Of a stretch of 51,657 nt of DNA, positions 28,177-36,782 are shown piece by piece. The notes under the pieces were generated by a model. That model saw nothing but the letters and a program-made list of their open reading frames with translations, searched no databases and had not been told where the DNA came from. The translations under genes were made by a program, and so were the position numbers. The DNA lies in NCBI GenBank assembly GCA_036351335.1, contig JAZBOW010000229.1:1-51657 (forward strand), in the 5' to 3' direction. Numbering within the stretch: the first letter of the stretch is position 1; the number at the start of each line of letters is the position of its first letter. The stretch comes from Bacteroidales bacterium. GTDB taxonomy: Bacteria; Bacteroidota; Bacteroidia; Bacteroidales; F082.

Positions 28177-28776
28177 TCAATTACTGTATTTATCAATCAA
28201 CAGCAATCCCTTTTCGGTTGCAATCCCCCTGATGAAGTTAATTACAATATTTTCAAATACATTAACTCTTGAAAATTTATTATTTGGGAAAAGCTCCTGG
28301 TTGTTTAGCATTTTGAATTGCTCAAGGATCAATTTCGCAACTATTTCCACATTAATCTCACTTCTAAATATATTTTCCTGAATCCCCCTATTAACTATAT
28401 CAATAGACCTGTTTAAGTTCCTATTGTCATTTTCTTTAATTTTTTGTTCCCATAGGTTGGGGTAATACTTTTCAATATCAAAAAAGAACAACGGGTTAAT
28501 AGCATTGAGCGTGTCGATGCTGTTTTTAATAAATTTAAAAGTAGCTTCAATTATATTTTCGGAGTTTTCAATTATTTCTTCATTAATGCGCCTTTGTTCA
28601 TTCATCGCAGTATTAATACAATGTTGCAACAATTCATCCTTATCAGAAAACTGTTCATAAATAGTTCGCTTCGAAACGCCGAGTTGTTCAGCTATCATAT
28701 CCATAGTAATACTTCGGATACCAAATTTGATAAACATCTGCCGTGATCCTGTGATTATTCTTTCTTTTATATCCAT
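28177..28776 (-). CDS. TetR/AcrR family transcriptional regulator
   Basis: N-terminal HTH FIKFGIRSITMDMIAEQLGVSKRTIYEQFSDKDEL. Confidence 0.85.
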   Translation of the reverse strand: MDIKERIITGSRQMFIKFGIRSITMDMIAEQLGVSKRTIYEQFSDKDELLQHCINTAMNEQRRINEEIIENSENIIEATFKFIKNSIDTLNAINPLFFFDIEKYYPNLWEQKIKENDNRNLNRSIDIVNRGIQENIFRSEINVEIVAKLILEQFKMLNNQELFPNNKFSRVNVFENIVINFIRGIATEKGLLLIDKYSN

Positions 28777-28941
28777 TTACAATAATTATTTTGCAATAAT
28801 ACAAAACTTTTAAAACCATGAAAGTTTTTTTATTTTATTAAGAATGCATTATTTACCCTAACCACAATAAGATTTTAAACCTCTGTTTAACTATAAGTAT
28901 ACTTGGAATCTGTTTTCGGCAAAGCTTAATACGCTGCTAAT

Positions 28942-28959
28942 AAAATCTATATAGATTTT
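28942..28959. promoter_or_regulatory. Perfect 18-bp palindrome, candidate TetR/MarR operator
   Basis: aaaatctat|atagatttt lies in the divergent spacer between the TetR gene (28776) and the yceI-like gene (29050). A second near-palindrome, tatatgt-ggca-acatata, lies about 20 nt downstream. Confidence 0.45.
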
Positions 28960-29006
28960 TATAAAATTAAATTTGTATATATGTGGCAACATATAATGTT
29001 ATTACA

Positions 29007-29014
29007 TATATTTG
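29007..29014 (+). promoter_or_regulatory. Bacteroidota-type -7 box (TATATTTG)
   Basis: Matches TAnnTTTG and lies 36 nt upstream of the ATG at 29050. Confidence 0.5.
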
Positions 29015-29049
29015 CAATCTTAATTTATTAACGATAAATAATTAAAACA

Positions 29050-29640
29050 ATGAAAAAAACAACTTTAATTTTATGCGCAGTAATGTTTGCAGCTTTTTCA
29101 GCACAAGCTCAAAAAACAAAATGGACTTTTGATAAGACACATTCTAATATTCAATTTGATATTGACCATATGGTGATCTCAGAAGTTACAGGGCAATTTC
29201 ATGAATATAAAGGAACAGTATTAGCTGATAAAGAGGATTTTTCGGATGCCAAAATTGATTTTTCAATTGATGTAAATAGCATTGATACTGATGATGGCGA
29301 AAGAGACGGTCATTTACAATCACCTGATTTTTTCGATGTAGAAAAATACCCAAATATTACTTTTGTGAGCAAGTCAATGAAAAAGAATGGTAAGGGTCAA
29401 TACAAATTAACCGGGGACTTTACTATGCACGGTGTTACGAAGGAGATAGCACTTGACGTAAAATATGGCGGTACTGTTACAGATCCATACGGAAATGTTA
29501 AAGCAGGTTTTAAGATTACCGGAATAATTAACCGTACTGATTTTGGACTGAAATATAATTCTGTTATGGATACCGGTGGATTAATGATTGGCGAGGAAGT
29601 TACAATTACATGCAGGGTTGAATTATTAAAAATGAAATAA
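29050..29640 (+). CDS. YceI-family periplasmic (polyisoprenoid/quinone-binding lipocalin-like) protein
   Basis: 196 aa with a signal peptide and KWTFDKTHSNIQFDIDHMVISEVTGQF, typical of YceI. Confidence 0.85.
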   Translation: MKKTTLILCAVMFAAFSAQAQKTKWTFDKTHSNIQFDIDHMVISEVTGQFHEYKGTVLADKEDFSDAKIDFSIDVNSIDTDDGERDGHLQSPDFFDVEKYPNITFVSKSMKKNGKGQYKLTGDFTMHGVTKEIALDVKYGGTVTDPYGNVKAGFKITGIINRTDFGLKYNSVMDTGGLMIGEEVTITCRVELLKMK

Positions 29641-29649
29641 TTCCAACTA

Positions 29650-30195
29650 ATGGAAAGGAAAACGGTTAAGGAATGTAATGGTTTGTTGGTTGGCGATAAA
29701 ATTAAAGACTTTAAAGCTATTGACCAAAATGGGAATAGTATTCAGTTTTCTGAATTGCTAAAAAGGGGGAAAGTCGTCATCGTGTTCTACAGGGGGCAAT
29801 GGTGTCCTATTTGCATGCCTCATTTAAGAACTATGCAGAAAGGTTTATTGGAAGTAGAAAACAAAGGGGCAAGTATTTTAATTATCACCCCAGAAAAGCA
29901 AGAAAACATTCAAAAAACAATGCTAAAAACGAGCATTACAATACCCATTATATATGATGAAAATTATAAAATAATGGAAGCGTTTGATGTTGCTTTTTTA
30001 CCTACTAAAGGGCTTAGGGTTATATACAATACTTTGCTGCGGGCTGATCTTAAAAATGCACAATCTGATGATTCCCAAACCTTACCTGTTCCGGCAACAT
30101 TTATTATTGATACAGATAGTGCGGTTAAATGGAGGCATTTTGATCGGGATTATAAAAAAAGATCAAAAATCAATGATATTCTTGAAAATCTATAA
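29650..30195 (+). CDS. Peroxiredoxin-like / AhpC-TSA (redoxin) family protein
   Basis: 181 aa with a thioredoxin-fold active site, FYRGQWCPICMPHL. Confidence 0.75.
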   Translation: MERKTVKECNGLLVGDKIKDFKAIDQNGNSIQFSELLKRGKVVIVFYRGQWCPICMPHLRTMQKGLLEVENKGASILIITPEKQENIQKTMLKTSITIPIIYDENYKIMEAFDVAFLPTKGLRVIYNTLLRADLKNAQSDDSQTLPVPATFIIDTDSAVKWRHFDRDYKKRSKINDILENL

Positions 30196-30233
30196 ATCAT
30201 ATATACTGACAATGAACAGGAATGCAAATGTTC

Positions 30234-30791
30234 ATGTCAGTATATGTAAAATCAATTGAAATGGAAAAAGGATTGCTTTTAAAAACAGGAAACTCACTTG
30301 AACATTGGATCAAAGTGGTGCAGAAATCAGAAATTGAAAAACACAAAGCCATCATTGAGTACTTAAAAAGTGAGCATGGTTTTACACATGGTTACGCCAA
30401 TTTTGTCGCGCTTAAATCCAGGAAATCAGATGCAGCATCATTCAGCGACAAAGACTTATTGACCAATCAGTATAAAGGAAAAGAACATTTAAAACCAATT
30501 TATGAAAAATTGCTTTCAGAAATTGAAGCTTTTGGTGAAGACATTACAATAACTCCAAAAAAAGATAGTGTAAGCTTTATCCGAAAAAAGCAATTCGCTT
30601 TGATTAAACCGGCAACTAAATCAAGGGTAGATCTGGGCTTAAAAATAAAAGACAAAGCTACAACCTTCAGGCTTGAAAATTCAGGGCCCTTTGGTGCTAT
30701 GTGTACGCATCGGGTTAAACTAGCAACATTAGAGGAGGTTAACTCAGAACTTATTGAATGGCTGAAAGAAGCTTATTTTAAGGCTGATTGA
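30234..30791 (+). CDS. DUF4287/DUF5655-like protein (start uncertain: 30222, 30234 or 30261)
   Basis: The N-terminal MSVYVKSIEMEKG...HWIKVV resembles the DUF4287 start as I recall it. No catalytic motif seen. Confidence 0.45.
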   Translation: MSVYVKSIEMEKGLLLKTGNSLEHWIKVVQKSEIEKHKAIIEYLKSEHGFTHGYANFVALKSRKSDAASFSDKDLLTNQYKGKEHLKPIYEKLLSEIEAFGEDITITPKKDSVSFIRKKQFALIKPATKSRVDLGLKIKDKATTFRLENSGPFGAMCTHRVKLATLEEVNSELIEWLKEAYFKAD

Positions 30792-30832
30792 TAAAAACCC
30801 GTGGTTATGTACAATACTAAATTGCATTATAA

Positions 30833-31288
30833 ATGAAAATCAATATCGGACAAAAAGCACCTGACTTTGAACTTTTTGATCAATCGGGGAACAAATTAAA
30901 ATTGTATAATTTACTTGGAACAAAAAGCATCGTACTATTCTTTTATCCCAAAGACAACAGTCCCGGCTGTACCAGAGAAGCATGCGCATTTAGAGATAGT
31001 TATGAAATATTTCAGGAACAAGATACTGTGGTTATTGGAATTAGTTCTGATAGTGAAGATTCGCACAAAAGGTTTGCAGAAAAACAGAATCTACCCTATA
31101 CCTTATTGAGTGATAAAGAAGGTAAAGTGAGAAAATTATTTTGCGTACCGAAAACGATGGGGTTTTTGCCAGGCAGGGTAACATACATAATTGACAAGCG
31201 GGGAATAGTACGACATATATTTAAATCGCAATTGAATTTTAAAGGACATATCGAAGAAGTATTAAATGTTTTAAAATCTATGGACTAA
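30833..31288 (+). CDS. bcp: Thiol peroxidase Bcp/PrxQ-type peroxiredoxin
   Basis: 151 aa with FFYPKDNSPGCTREAC (the peroxidatic Cys motif PxxxT/SxxC). Confidence 0.9.
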   Translation: MKINIGQKAPDFELFDQSGNKLKLYNLLGTKSIVLFFYPKDNSPGCTREACAFRDSYEIFQEQDTVVIGISSDSEDSHKRFAEKQNLPYTLLSDKEGKVRKLFCVPKTMGFLPGRVTYIIDKRGIVRHIFKSQLNFKGHIEEVLNVLKSMD

Positions 31289-31312
31289 TCAATAACAACA
31301 AAATTTAAAATC

Positions 31313-31681
31313 ATGAACACAGAATTAATTAAAGGACGAAAAATTACCGGATGGATTCTTGCCGGACTACTTACATCCCTGTTCCTTTTCAGTGTAATGG
31401 GGAAATTCTCCATGCCTGAAATGGCAAATAATTTCAATAAATGGGGATTGGGTGACTGGATCACAATAATTGCAATTGGTGAAGCTATATCTGCACTCCT
31501 GTTTTTATTTCCCAAAACAAATATTTTCGGGGTACTTCTTTTGAGTGCGCACATGGGTGGCGCGATTGTTATACACATGAGCAACGGCGAACCTTTTATA
31601 GTACAAACGGTAATTTTGATTCTTGTTTGGGTAACAGGTTTTGTTCGTAATCCCGAACTGCTGGCTAAGTTTAGGAGCTAG
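31313..31681 (+). CDS. DoxX-like small integral membrane protein
   Basis: 122 aa with four predicted TM helices. Size and pattern fit the DoxX-like family. Confidence 0.55.
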   Translation: MNTELIKGRKITGWILAGLLTSLFLFSVMGKFSMPEMANNFNKWGLGDWITIIAIGEAISALLFLFPKTNIFGVLLLSAHMGGAIVIHMSNGEPFIVQTVILILVWVTGFVRNPELLAKFRS

Positions 31682-31795
31682 CAACAATTGGAATCCAATA
31701 TTGACAATAAAAGAACATACAAAACAATCGAACAAATAATTTGGGCTAGAAGATGAATTAATAACAATTTCCCAAATGATAAATACAAGGCAATA

Positions 31796-32698
31796 ATGAA
31801 CCGATCGTCTTTTATAAAACTATTTGGAATGGGTGCACTGGGAGTAGGAACATTTGGTTTGTTAGGGTTGGCAAAAGCATTGGATGGGACAAAGCAAACA
31901 GGGCGAAAACTGCCTGTTTTGTTTAGTTCACATGGAAATCCTATGGATATTCCGGTTCCTCATTATGGAAATCCTTTTAACACATATCTGGGAGATTTAG
32001 GAAAGGAACTTAGAAAGAAATATGATGTTAAAGCTATTTTAGTCGTATCGGCTCATTGGTGTACTAGAGGAACTTTTGTACACATTTCTCAATCACCGAA
32101 GACGATATATGATTATTACGGCTTTCCTGACAACTATTATACAATTCAATATTCTGCACCAGGTTCTCCTGAATTAGCAAAGCAAATAGCAGGTGCTGTT
32201 GGCGAAATACATACAACATCAGATTGGGGCTTTGACCATGGAAATTGGCCAATGTTGATGCACCTCTATCCTAATGCTGATGTTCCTGTCTTTCAACTTA
32301 GCATTGATTATTACAAACCGCCACAATATCATTATGATTTAGCAATTCAATTAAAAAAATATAGAGAACATGGCGTGCTGATTATTGGAAGCGGAGCATT
32401 GATTCATAATTTAAAATTAGCTATGGCTAAAATGCAAACAGGAGATACTGAAATATATGGCTGGGAAGTAGAATTTGACGATTGGATTCTAAAAAGAATT
32501 GAGGACAGGGATATAAAAGCTTTGATTGATTACGAAAAAATTAAATTAGGAAAATTAGCTGCTCCAACACCTGACCATTATGTGCCGCTTATCTATTCAA
32601 TGGCATTGGCTGATGACAAGGATAAAATCCGTCAAACTTACATAGATATGTTACCAGGCTTTAGCAATAGAAGCTTAATTATTGAACCCCAAAATTAA
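31796..32698 (+). CDS. LigB-family extradiol ring-cleavage dioxygenase (4,5-DOPA dioxygenase/YgiD-like) with export signal
   Basis: 300 aa with LPVLFSSHGNPMD, VVSAHW and GSGALIHNL motifs. The N-terminal NRSSFIKLFGMGALGVG.. is signal-like. Confidence 0.8.
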   Translation: MNRSSFIKLFGMGALGVGTFGLLGLAKALDGTKQTGRKLPVLFSSHGNPMDIPVPHYGNPFNTYLGDLGKELRKKYDVKAILVVSAHWCTRGTFVHISQSPKTIYDYYGFPDNYYTIQYSAPGSPELAKQIAGAVGEIHTTSDWGFDHGNWPMLMHLYPNADVPVFQLSIDYYKPPQYHYDLAIQLKKYREHGVLIIGSGALIHNLKLAMAKMQTGDTEIYGWEVEFDDWILKRIEDRDIKALIDYEKIKLGKLAAPTPDHYVPLIYSMALADDKDKIRQTYIDMLPGFSNRSLIIEPQN

Positions 32699-32700
32699 AG

Positions 32701-33159
32701 ATGAAAATGAAAATAGAAGATGAAATAAAAGGACGGTTCAGAAACGAATACCATAAGGGATTGATTAATCTTACTTATACTGTTAAACAAGTGAGTTACG
32801 ATTTTCATCAGGCACTCAAAAAGCATGGGTTAACCGAACAACAGTACAATGTACTCAAGGTACTCAGAGGTTTTCGTACAGAAGGCCCTTGCTCAATCGG
32901 TTTTCTGAAAGACCGGATGCTGGATAAAAAGTCGGATGTAAGCCGAATTGTGGACAAGTTATTTGCTAAAAAGCTGATCGTACGAAAGGAAAATCTAACA
33001 GACCGAAGACAGAAAGATCTTGAAATTACCAATAAAGGGTTAAGTTTATTGACCCAGATGGACAATTGTGAGAAAATCGTGGATACTTTATTAAGTAATC
33101 TATCTTTGGATGAGGTAAAACAATTAAACAGGCTTTTAGATAAAATAAGGGGTAATTAA
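32701..33159 (+). CDS. MarR family transcriptional regulator
   Basis: 152 aa with a winged HTH, LTEQQYNVLKVLRG...CSIGFLKDRMLDKKSDVSRIVDKLFAKKLIVRKEN. It starts 2 nt after the dioxygenase stop. Confidence 0.85.
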   Translation: MKMKIEDEIKGRFRNEYHKGLINLTYTVKQVSYDFHQALKKHGLTEQQYNVLKVLRGFRTEGPCSIGFLKDRMLDKKSDVSRIVDKLFAKKLIVRKENLTDRRQKDLEITNKGLSLLTQMDNCEKIVDTLLSNLSLDEVKQLNRLLDKIRGN

Positions 33160-33197
33160 ATAAAAAAACTTTTTTAAAGATAACAGGTCTCGGAATT

Positions 33198-33638
33198 TTA
33201 GGAATTCGGAAATGAATGCTTCAATACCTTCGCTAACATGCTTACTATTTTGTTCCAATATTCTTTCATTTCGTCTCTTTGTTTAGTATTCAGTAATTTC
33301 TCTTGGTGAAAACTAATTGTCGTTTTTCGTCTGTTTCCAATTATCCGAACTTGAACCGTAGAAATGTTCTTCCAGTTTTTCTTTTTCCAACTCAACCGAA
33401 TATGTGAAAATGGTTTAAATACCCGGACTAATCCCTCAACACCTTCTTTTATTTTAAAATGTTTATCAATCTCAAGTTCATTTTCAATTTCACCAAGCCA
33501 AATTTTTATGCCTTGTTCTGAAAACATAAAATCCCATACGCTTTCCAACGGGATAGGGAATGTTTTCCTCAGCCCAAATTGGAAACCTACGTTTTTTGTT
33601 TGTCCAATTATATTGTCATTTTTAAACTTGCTATTCAT
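33198..33638 (-). CDS. SRPBCC (START/AHSA1-like) ligand-binding domain protein
   Basis: 146 aa. Size and pattern (VWDFMFSEQGIKIWLG..., LSWKKKNW) fit the family. It overlaps the upstream thioesterase gene by 8 nt. Confidence 0.5.
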   Translation of the reverse strand: MNSKFKNDNIIGQTKNVGFQFGLRKTFPIPLESVWDFMFSEQGIKIWLGEIENELEIDKHFKIKEGVEGLVRVFKPFSHIRLSWKKKNWKNISTVQVRIIGNRRKTTISFHQEKLLNTKQRDEMKEYWNKIVSMLAKVLKHSFPNS

Positions 33639-34071
33639 TCATTCTTATAAAATTATAAACCCCTTTACCTTCTGAAATCAATTCATCGTCATTTTCCTGA
33701 TAAGCTTTCATCCTGGTCACAAGTATTGTTTTTCCCAACCTTACTATTTCCCCTTCTACAATAATTGTAGATGCTTCCGCCGGTTTAAGATAATCTATTC
33801 TTAAATCTATTGTCACCATTTTATCTTTAAGCGATGTAAAATATGTTCCCCCGGCAATCCCGCCCACAGAGTCCATTATGGTAGCTATTATTCCGCCATG
33901 CCATCTTCGTCTTCTAAAATCCCCAATCACTTCTTCCCTGAATGGAACCTTTACTTTTGCATATCCTTTCCTAATTTCTAAAAGCTCAACCCCTAAAAAT
34001 TTATGAATTGGGATAAGTTCTTCAATAGTTGTTTTGATTAACTTTTCTTCCGTTTTCATGTTTTTTTTCAC
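33631..34071 (-). CDS. PaaI/hotdog-fold acyl-CoA (or acyl-carrier) thioesterase
   Basis: 146 aa with WHGGIIATIMDSVGG, typical of PaaI-type thioesterases. Confidence 0.75.
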   Translation of the reverse strand: MKKNMKTEEKLIKTTIEELIPIHKFLGVELLEIRKGYAKVKVPFREEVIGDFRRRRWHGGIIATIMDSVGGIAGGTYFTSLKDKMVTIDLRIDYLKPAEASTIIVEGEIVRLGKTILVTRMKAYQENDDELISEGKGVYNFIRMNE

Positions 34072-34108
34072 TATTTTATTAAAGATAACTTCTTTATAAA
34101 TTTTTTCT

Positions 34109-34726
34109 TCATTCTTTTTTAAGGTTATTAGTAACTTTCTTTTTGAGCTGTCCTTCAGAAATTATTTTACATGTAAATTGCTCCATAACCATTTTGATCG
34201 GGAAATCTGACTGATTAATAATATATTGAATACAAATCCCCATTAAGGAAGATGTAAACAATTTAACTTCAATATCCGGGTTTTCATATCCTTTTTCCTT
34301 GAAAAATCCAATGAGTATATTTTCGTATTCAATATAAATAGTGCTGCTTGCTAAATATTTTACGGCAGTCTCATACAATATTTGCTGTGATAACAGAAGG
34401 TTTAAGAGCTTCCAATGAGTTTGGTCGTTGTCCAAAGACGGTAAAATTACTTTGTTAATAAAGTAAACTAAATTATCATCGCTGAATTCCTTATCCACAT
34501 TTTGAGGAAGATAATTTAACAGGGATTCAATACTTTCAATTATAATTTCTTCGAATAGTGTTTCTTTACTTGAATAATAATGGTAAAACAATCCTTTTGA
34601 GATATTGGCTTTTTTTGAAATGTCAGCAATAGATGTTTGGAAGTATCCATTATCCCCAAAAAGGACTAAAGCAGATTTATGGATCTCCTTTTTATTAATC
34701 CTTTTGTTTTTCTCTCTTTTTGTCAT
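34109..34726 (-). CDS. TetR/AcrR family transcriptional regulator
   Basis: HTH LFGDNGYFQTSIADISKKANISKGLFYHYYSSKETLF. Confidence 0.8.
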   Translation of the reverse strand: MTKREKNKRINKKEIHKSALVLFGDNGYFQTSIADISKKANISKGLFYHYYSSKETLFEEIIIESIESLLNYLPQNVDKEFSDDNLVYFINKVILPSLDNDQTHWKLLNLLLSQQILYETAVKYLASSTIYIEYENILIGFFKEKGYENPDIEVKLFTSSLMGICIQYIINQSDFPIKMVMEQFTCKIISEGQLKKKVTNNLKKE

Positions 34727-34733
34727 AATATTT

Positions 34734-36095
34734 CTAAAAACTATACTTAACCTTTAAGAACCCCATATCATAGCCTGTGAGGTTGGTAAACAAGTTGTCA
34801 CCTTTTCCGGTATATACATAGGCACCTAATTGTATTTCGGCATTGTCAATAGGCTTGTATCTGATGGAAGGTGCCCAGATAACAGCATAATTATTGCTGA
34901 CGTCTTTCCAGTCTGAAACAATAAATCCACCGGTTAAGGGTTCAATCTTCAATTTATCTTCAAAGAAAGCTTTTTCATACCCAAACATAAAATAATCATT
35001 CTGGTTGCCTCTGCCACGTTCATGGATAAATCCGTGCAGGTATTGAAAATTAATATACGAACCTTCACGAAAGGTGTAATCCATTCCTAAAACAAATTTG
35101 ACATACAACTCATTATCTACGATAAGGCTGTCCATATCCGGGAGTGGTTGTCCGCCAATGTCATTGGTCATAACAACTTTACTATCGGGTAAAAACCCCG
35201 CTGCCTCGCCCCATACACCTACACTACCTATGCTGCCTGCGAAATCAGCACCGAAAATACTTTGTCTGTAAAAACCTGTAGTTGCTTTAATATCAACTCC
35301 TCCTTCAAGATTGACGGGAGTAATACTATTGTGTATAGGTACAGCCAATCCATCAAAGCCATAAACATAGCTAATCGAAAAATCGAAACCACCTATGAAG
35401 GCTTTAAAGCGCAAACCTGTTGTAGAGCTTTGTGTCAGGCCGAACACAGGCATAACTAAACTATCCGACATAGAAGCAGCGTAGAAAGGAGGCGGCAACT
35501 CTATTGTTGGTGTAAAAGCAACAGCAAAAACACCAATGGGCATAGTAGCCGGTTGAAAGAAAGGTAGATAAACTGCCTGTAGTGAAAAATCACTTGAAAA
35601 ATAATAATTGAGGTTAATTCCTATCGAACCGTTATGTCGCCCAAAGTCCATCACATCTTCAAGGTCATACGGGTTCAGATTATCCGTAGGATTTAGCTTA
35701 TCAGCAGTACCCCATGCAATACGTTGCTTACCAATCTTAACATCCAGGTTTTTCATAAACAACCCGTAAAATTCCAAGTAGGCTTCTCTGATATAAAGAT
35801 TATAAGGATCAACTATGTCCTTGTTATAAAGTTCTGAGGCAGAAGCGATATTTGGTAAACCGATATTCCTTAACCAAACATCAGTATAAAACTTTGCACG
35901 ACCCTTAAATTTTGCCTCAAGTTGTAAATCCAGCCGATTTTCGTTCCATGCCCATAATCCTTCATCCTGCAACAAAAAACGTTGATCGCTTAGAAAATTA
36001 CCACTGAATTTCACTTTGTTTTCCTGTGCTTTTACAAAACCTGAGCTAATTATAAACAGGAATATTAATATTTGGGTTATTCTTATTCTCTTCAT
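34734..36095 (-). CDS. Outer-membrane beta-barrel protein, family unknown
   Basis: 453 aa with the signal peptide MKRIRITQILIFLFIISSGFVKAQ, alternating aromatic/glycine-rich strands, and the C-terminal ...VKYSF. Confidence 0.6.
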   Translation of the reverse strand: MKRIRITQILIFLFIISSGFVKAQENKVKFSGNFLSDQRFLLQDEGLWAWNENRLDLQLEAKFKGRAKFYTDVWLRNIGLPNIASASELYNKDIVDPYNLYIREAYLEFYGLFMKNLDVKIGKQRIAWGTADKLNPTDNLNPYDLEDVMDFGRHNGSIGINLNYYFSSDFSLQAVYLPFFQPATMPIGVFAVAFTPTIELPPPFYAASMSDSLVMPVFGLTQSSTTGLRFKAFIGGFDFSISYVYGFDGLAVPIHNSITPVNLEGGVDIKATTGFYRQSIFGADFAGSIGSVGVWGEAAGFLPDSKVVMTNDIGGQPLPDMDSLIVDNELYVKFVLGMDYTFREGSYINFQYLHGFIHERGRGNQNDYFMFGYEKAFFEDKLKIEPLTGGFIVSDWKDVSNNYAVIWAPSIRYKPIDNAEIQLGAYVYTGKGDNLFTNLTGYDMGFLKVKYSF

Positions 36096-36152
36096 AACTC
36101 TATTTTATTAAGATTAATTTCTTTAACGATTTTCCTGATAATTCATAATTAT

Positions 36153-36782
36153 TTAGAACAGATAAAGCTGCTGTCCTTCTTTTATAAATTCTATTACCTC
36201 TTGTTGTTTTGAAACTTTTTCAAATTTTGTAGGATGTATTACACCACCAAGCATTATATATTTCACTTTCTTTCCTTCCGATTTATAAAACATGTTGATA
36301 AGTGTTTCAACACCAAATCTTGCGTGTTTCATTCTATCAATAATGGGTAGTATATCTTGTTTTAATACAGAACGCTCGCCTGTAAATGATTTGAACGAAT
36401 TAACACTGTAGATAATCAATGTTTCTGTTGGTTGGCCAAGAACCATATCTGCTTCATTGTTAATTATCGGCGTCAATAATTTCGCAAGATGTACTTCTTT
36501 CAGATTAACCAAATCTGCACCTATAAATGTAATTATATCACCTGTTGCATTTTCCACACCGGTTGCCATGGCAAAACCTTTTCCTTTGTTTTTCGGGAAA
36601 TGAATTGCCTTTATTTCTATCGTTTGTTTTAAGCTGTCGATGATATTACCGGTCTGATCAACCGAGCCATCGTTGACAACAATCGTTTCATTAATTAAAG
36701 GGGATTTACTTACTGAACGGAGTACATTTTCTAATGTCTGTTCCTCATTAAATGCACATATAATTGCACTTACCTTTTTCAT
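36153..36782 (-). CDS. Family 2 glycosyltransferase (short, soluble type)
   Basis: 209 aa with VSAIICAFNEEQTLENVL ... VVNDGSVDQT ... GKGFAM and a DxD-like GAD. Confidence 0.8.
   Translation of the reverse strand: MKKVSAIICAFNEEQTLENVLRSVSKSPLINETIVVNDGSVDQTGNIIDSLKQTIEIKAIHFPKNKGKGFAMATGVENATGDIITFIGADLVNLKEVHLAKLLTPIINNEADMVLGQPTETLIIYSVNSFKSFTGERSVLKQDILPIIDRMKHARFGVETLINMFYKSEGKKVKYIMLGGVIHPTKFEKVSKQQEVIEFIKEGQQLYLF

Noticed and set aside
31285-31735. ORFs 31285..31584 and 31505..31735 on the minus strand.
   Set aside because: They are antisense to the DoxX-like membrane protein gene, which fits the co-directional operon. They have no motifs.
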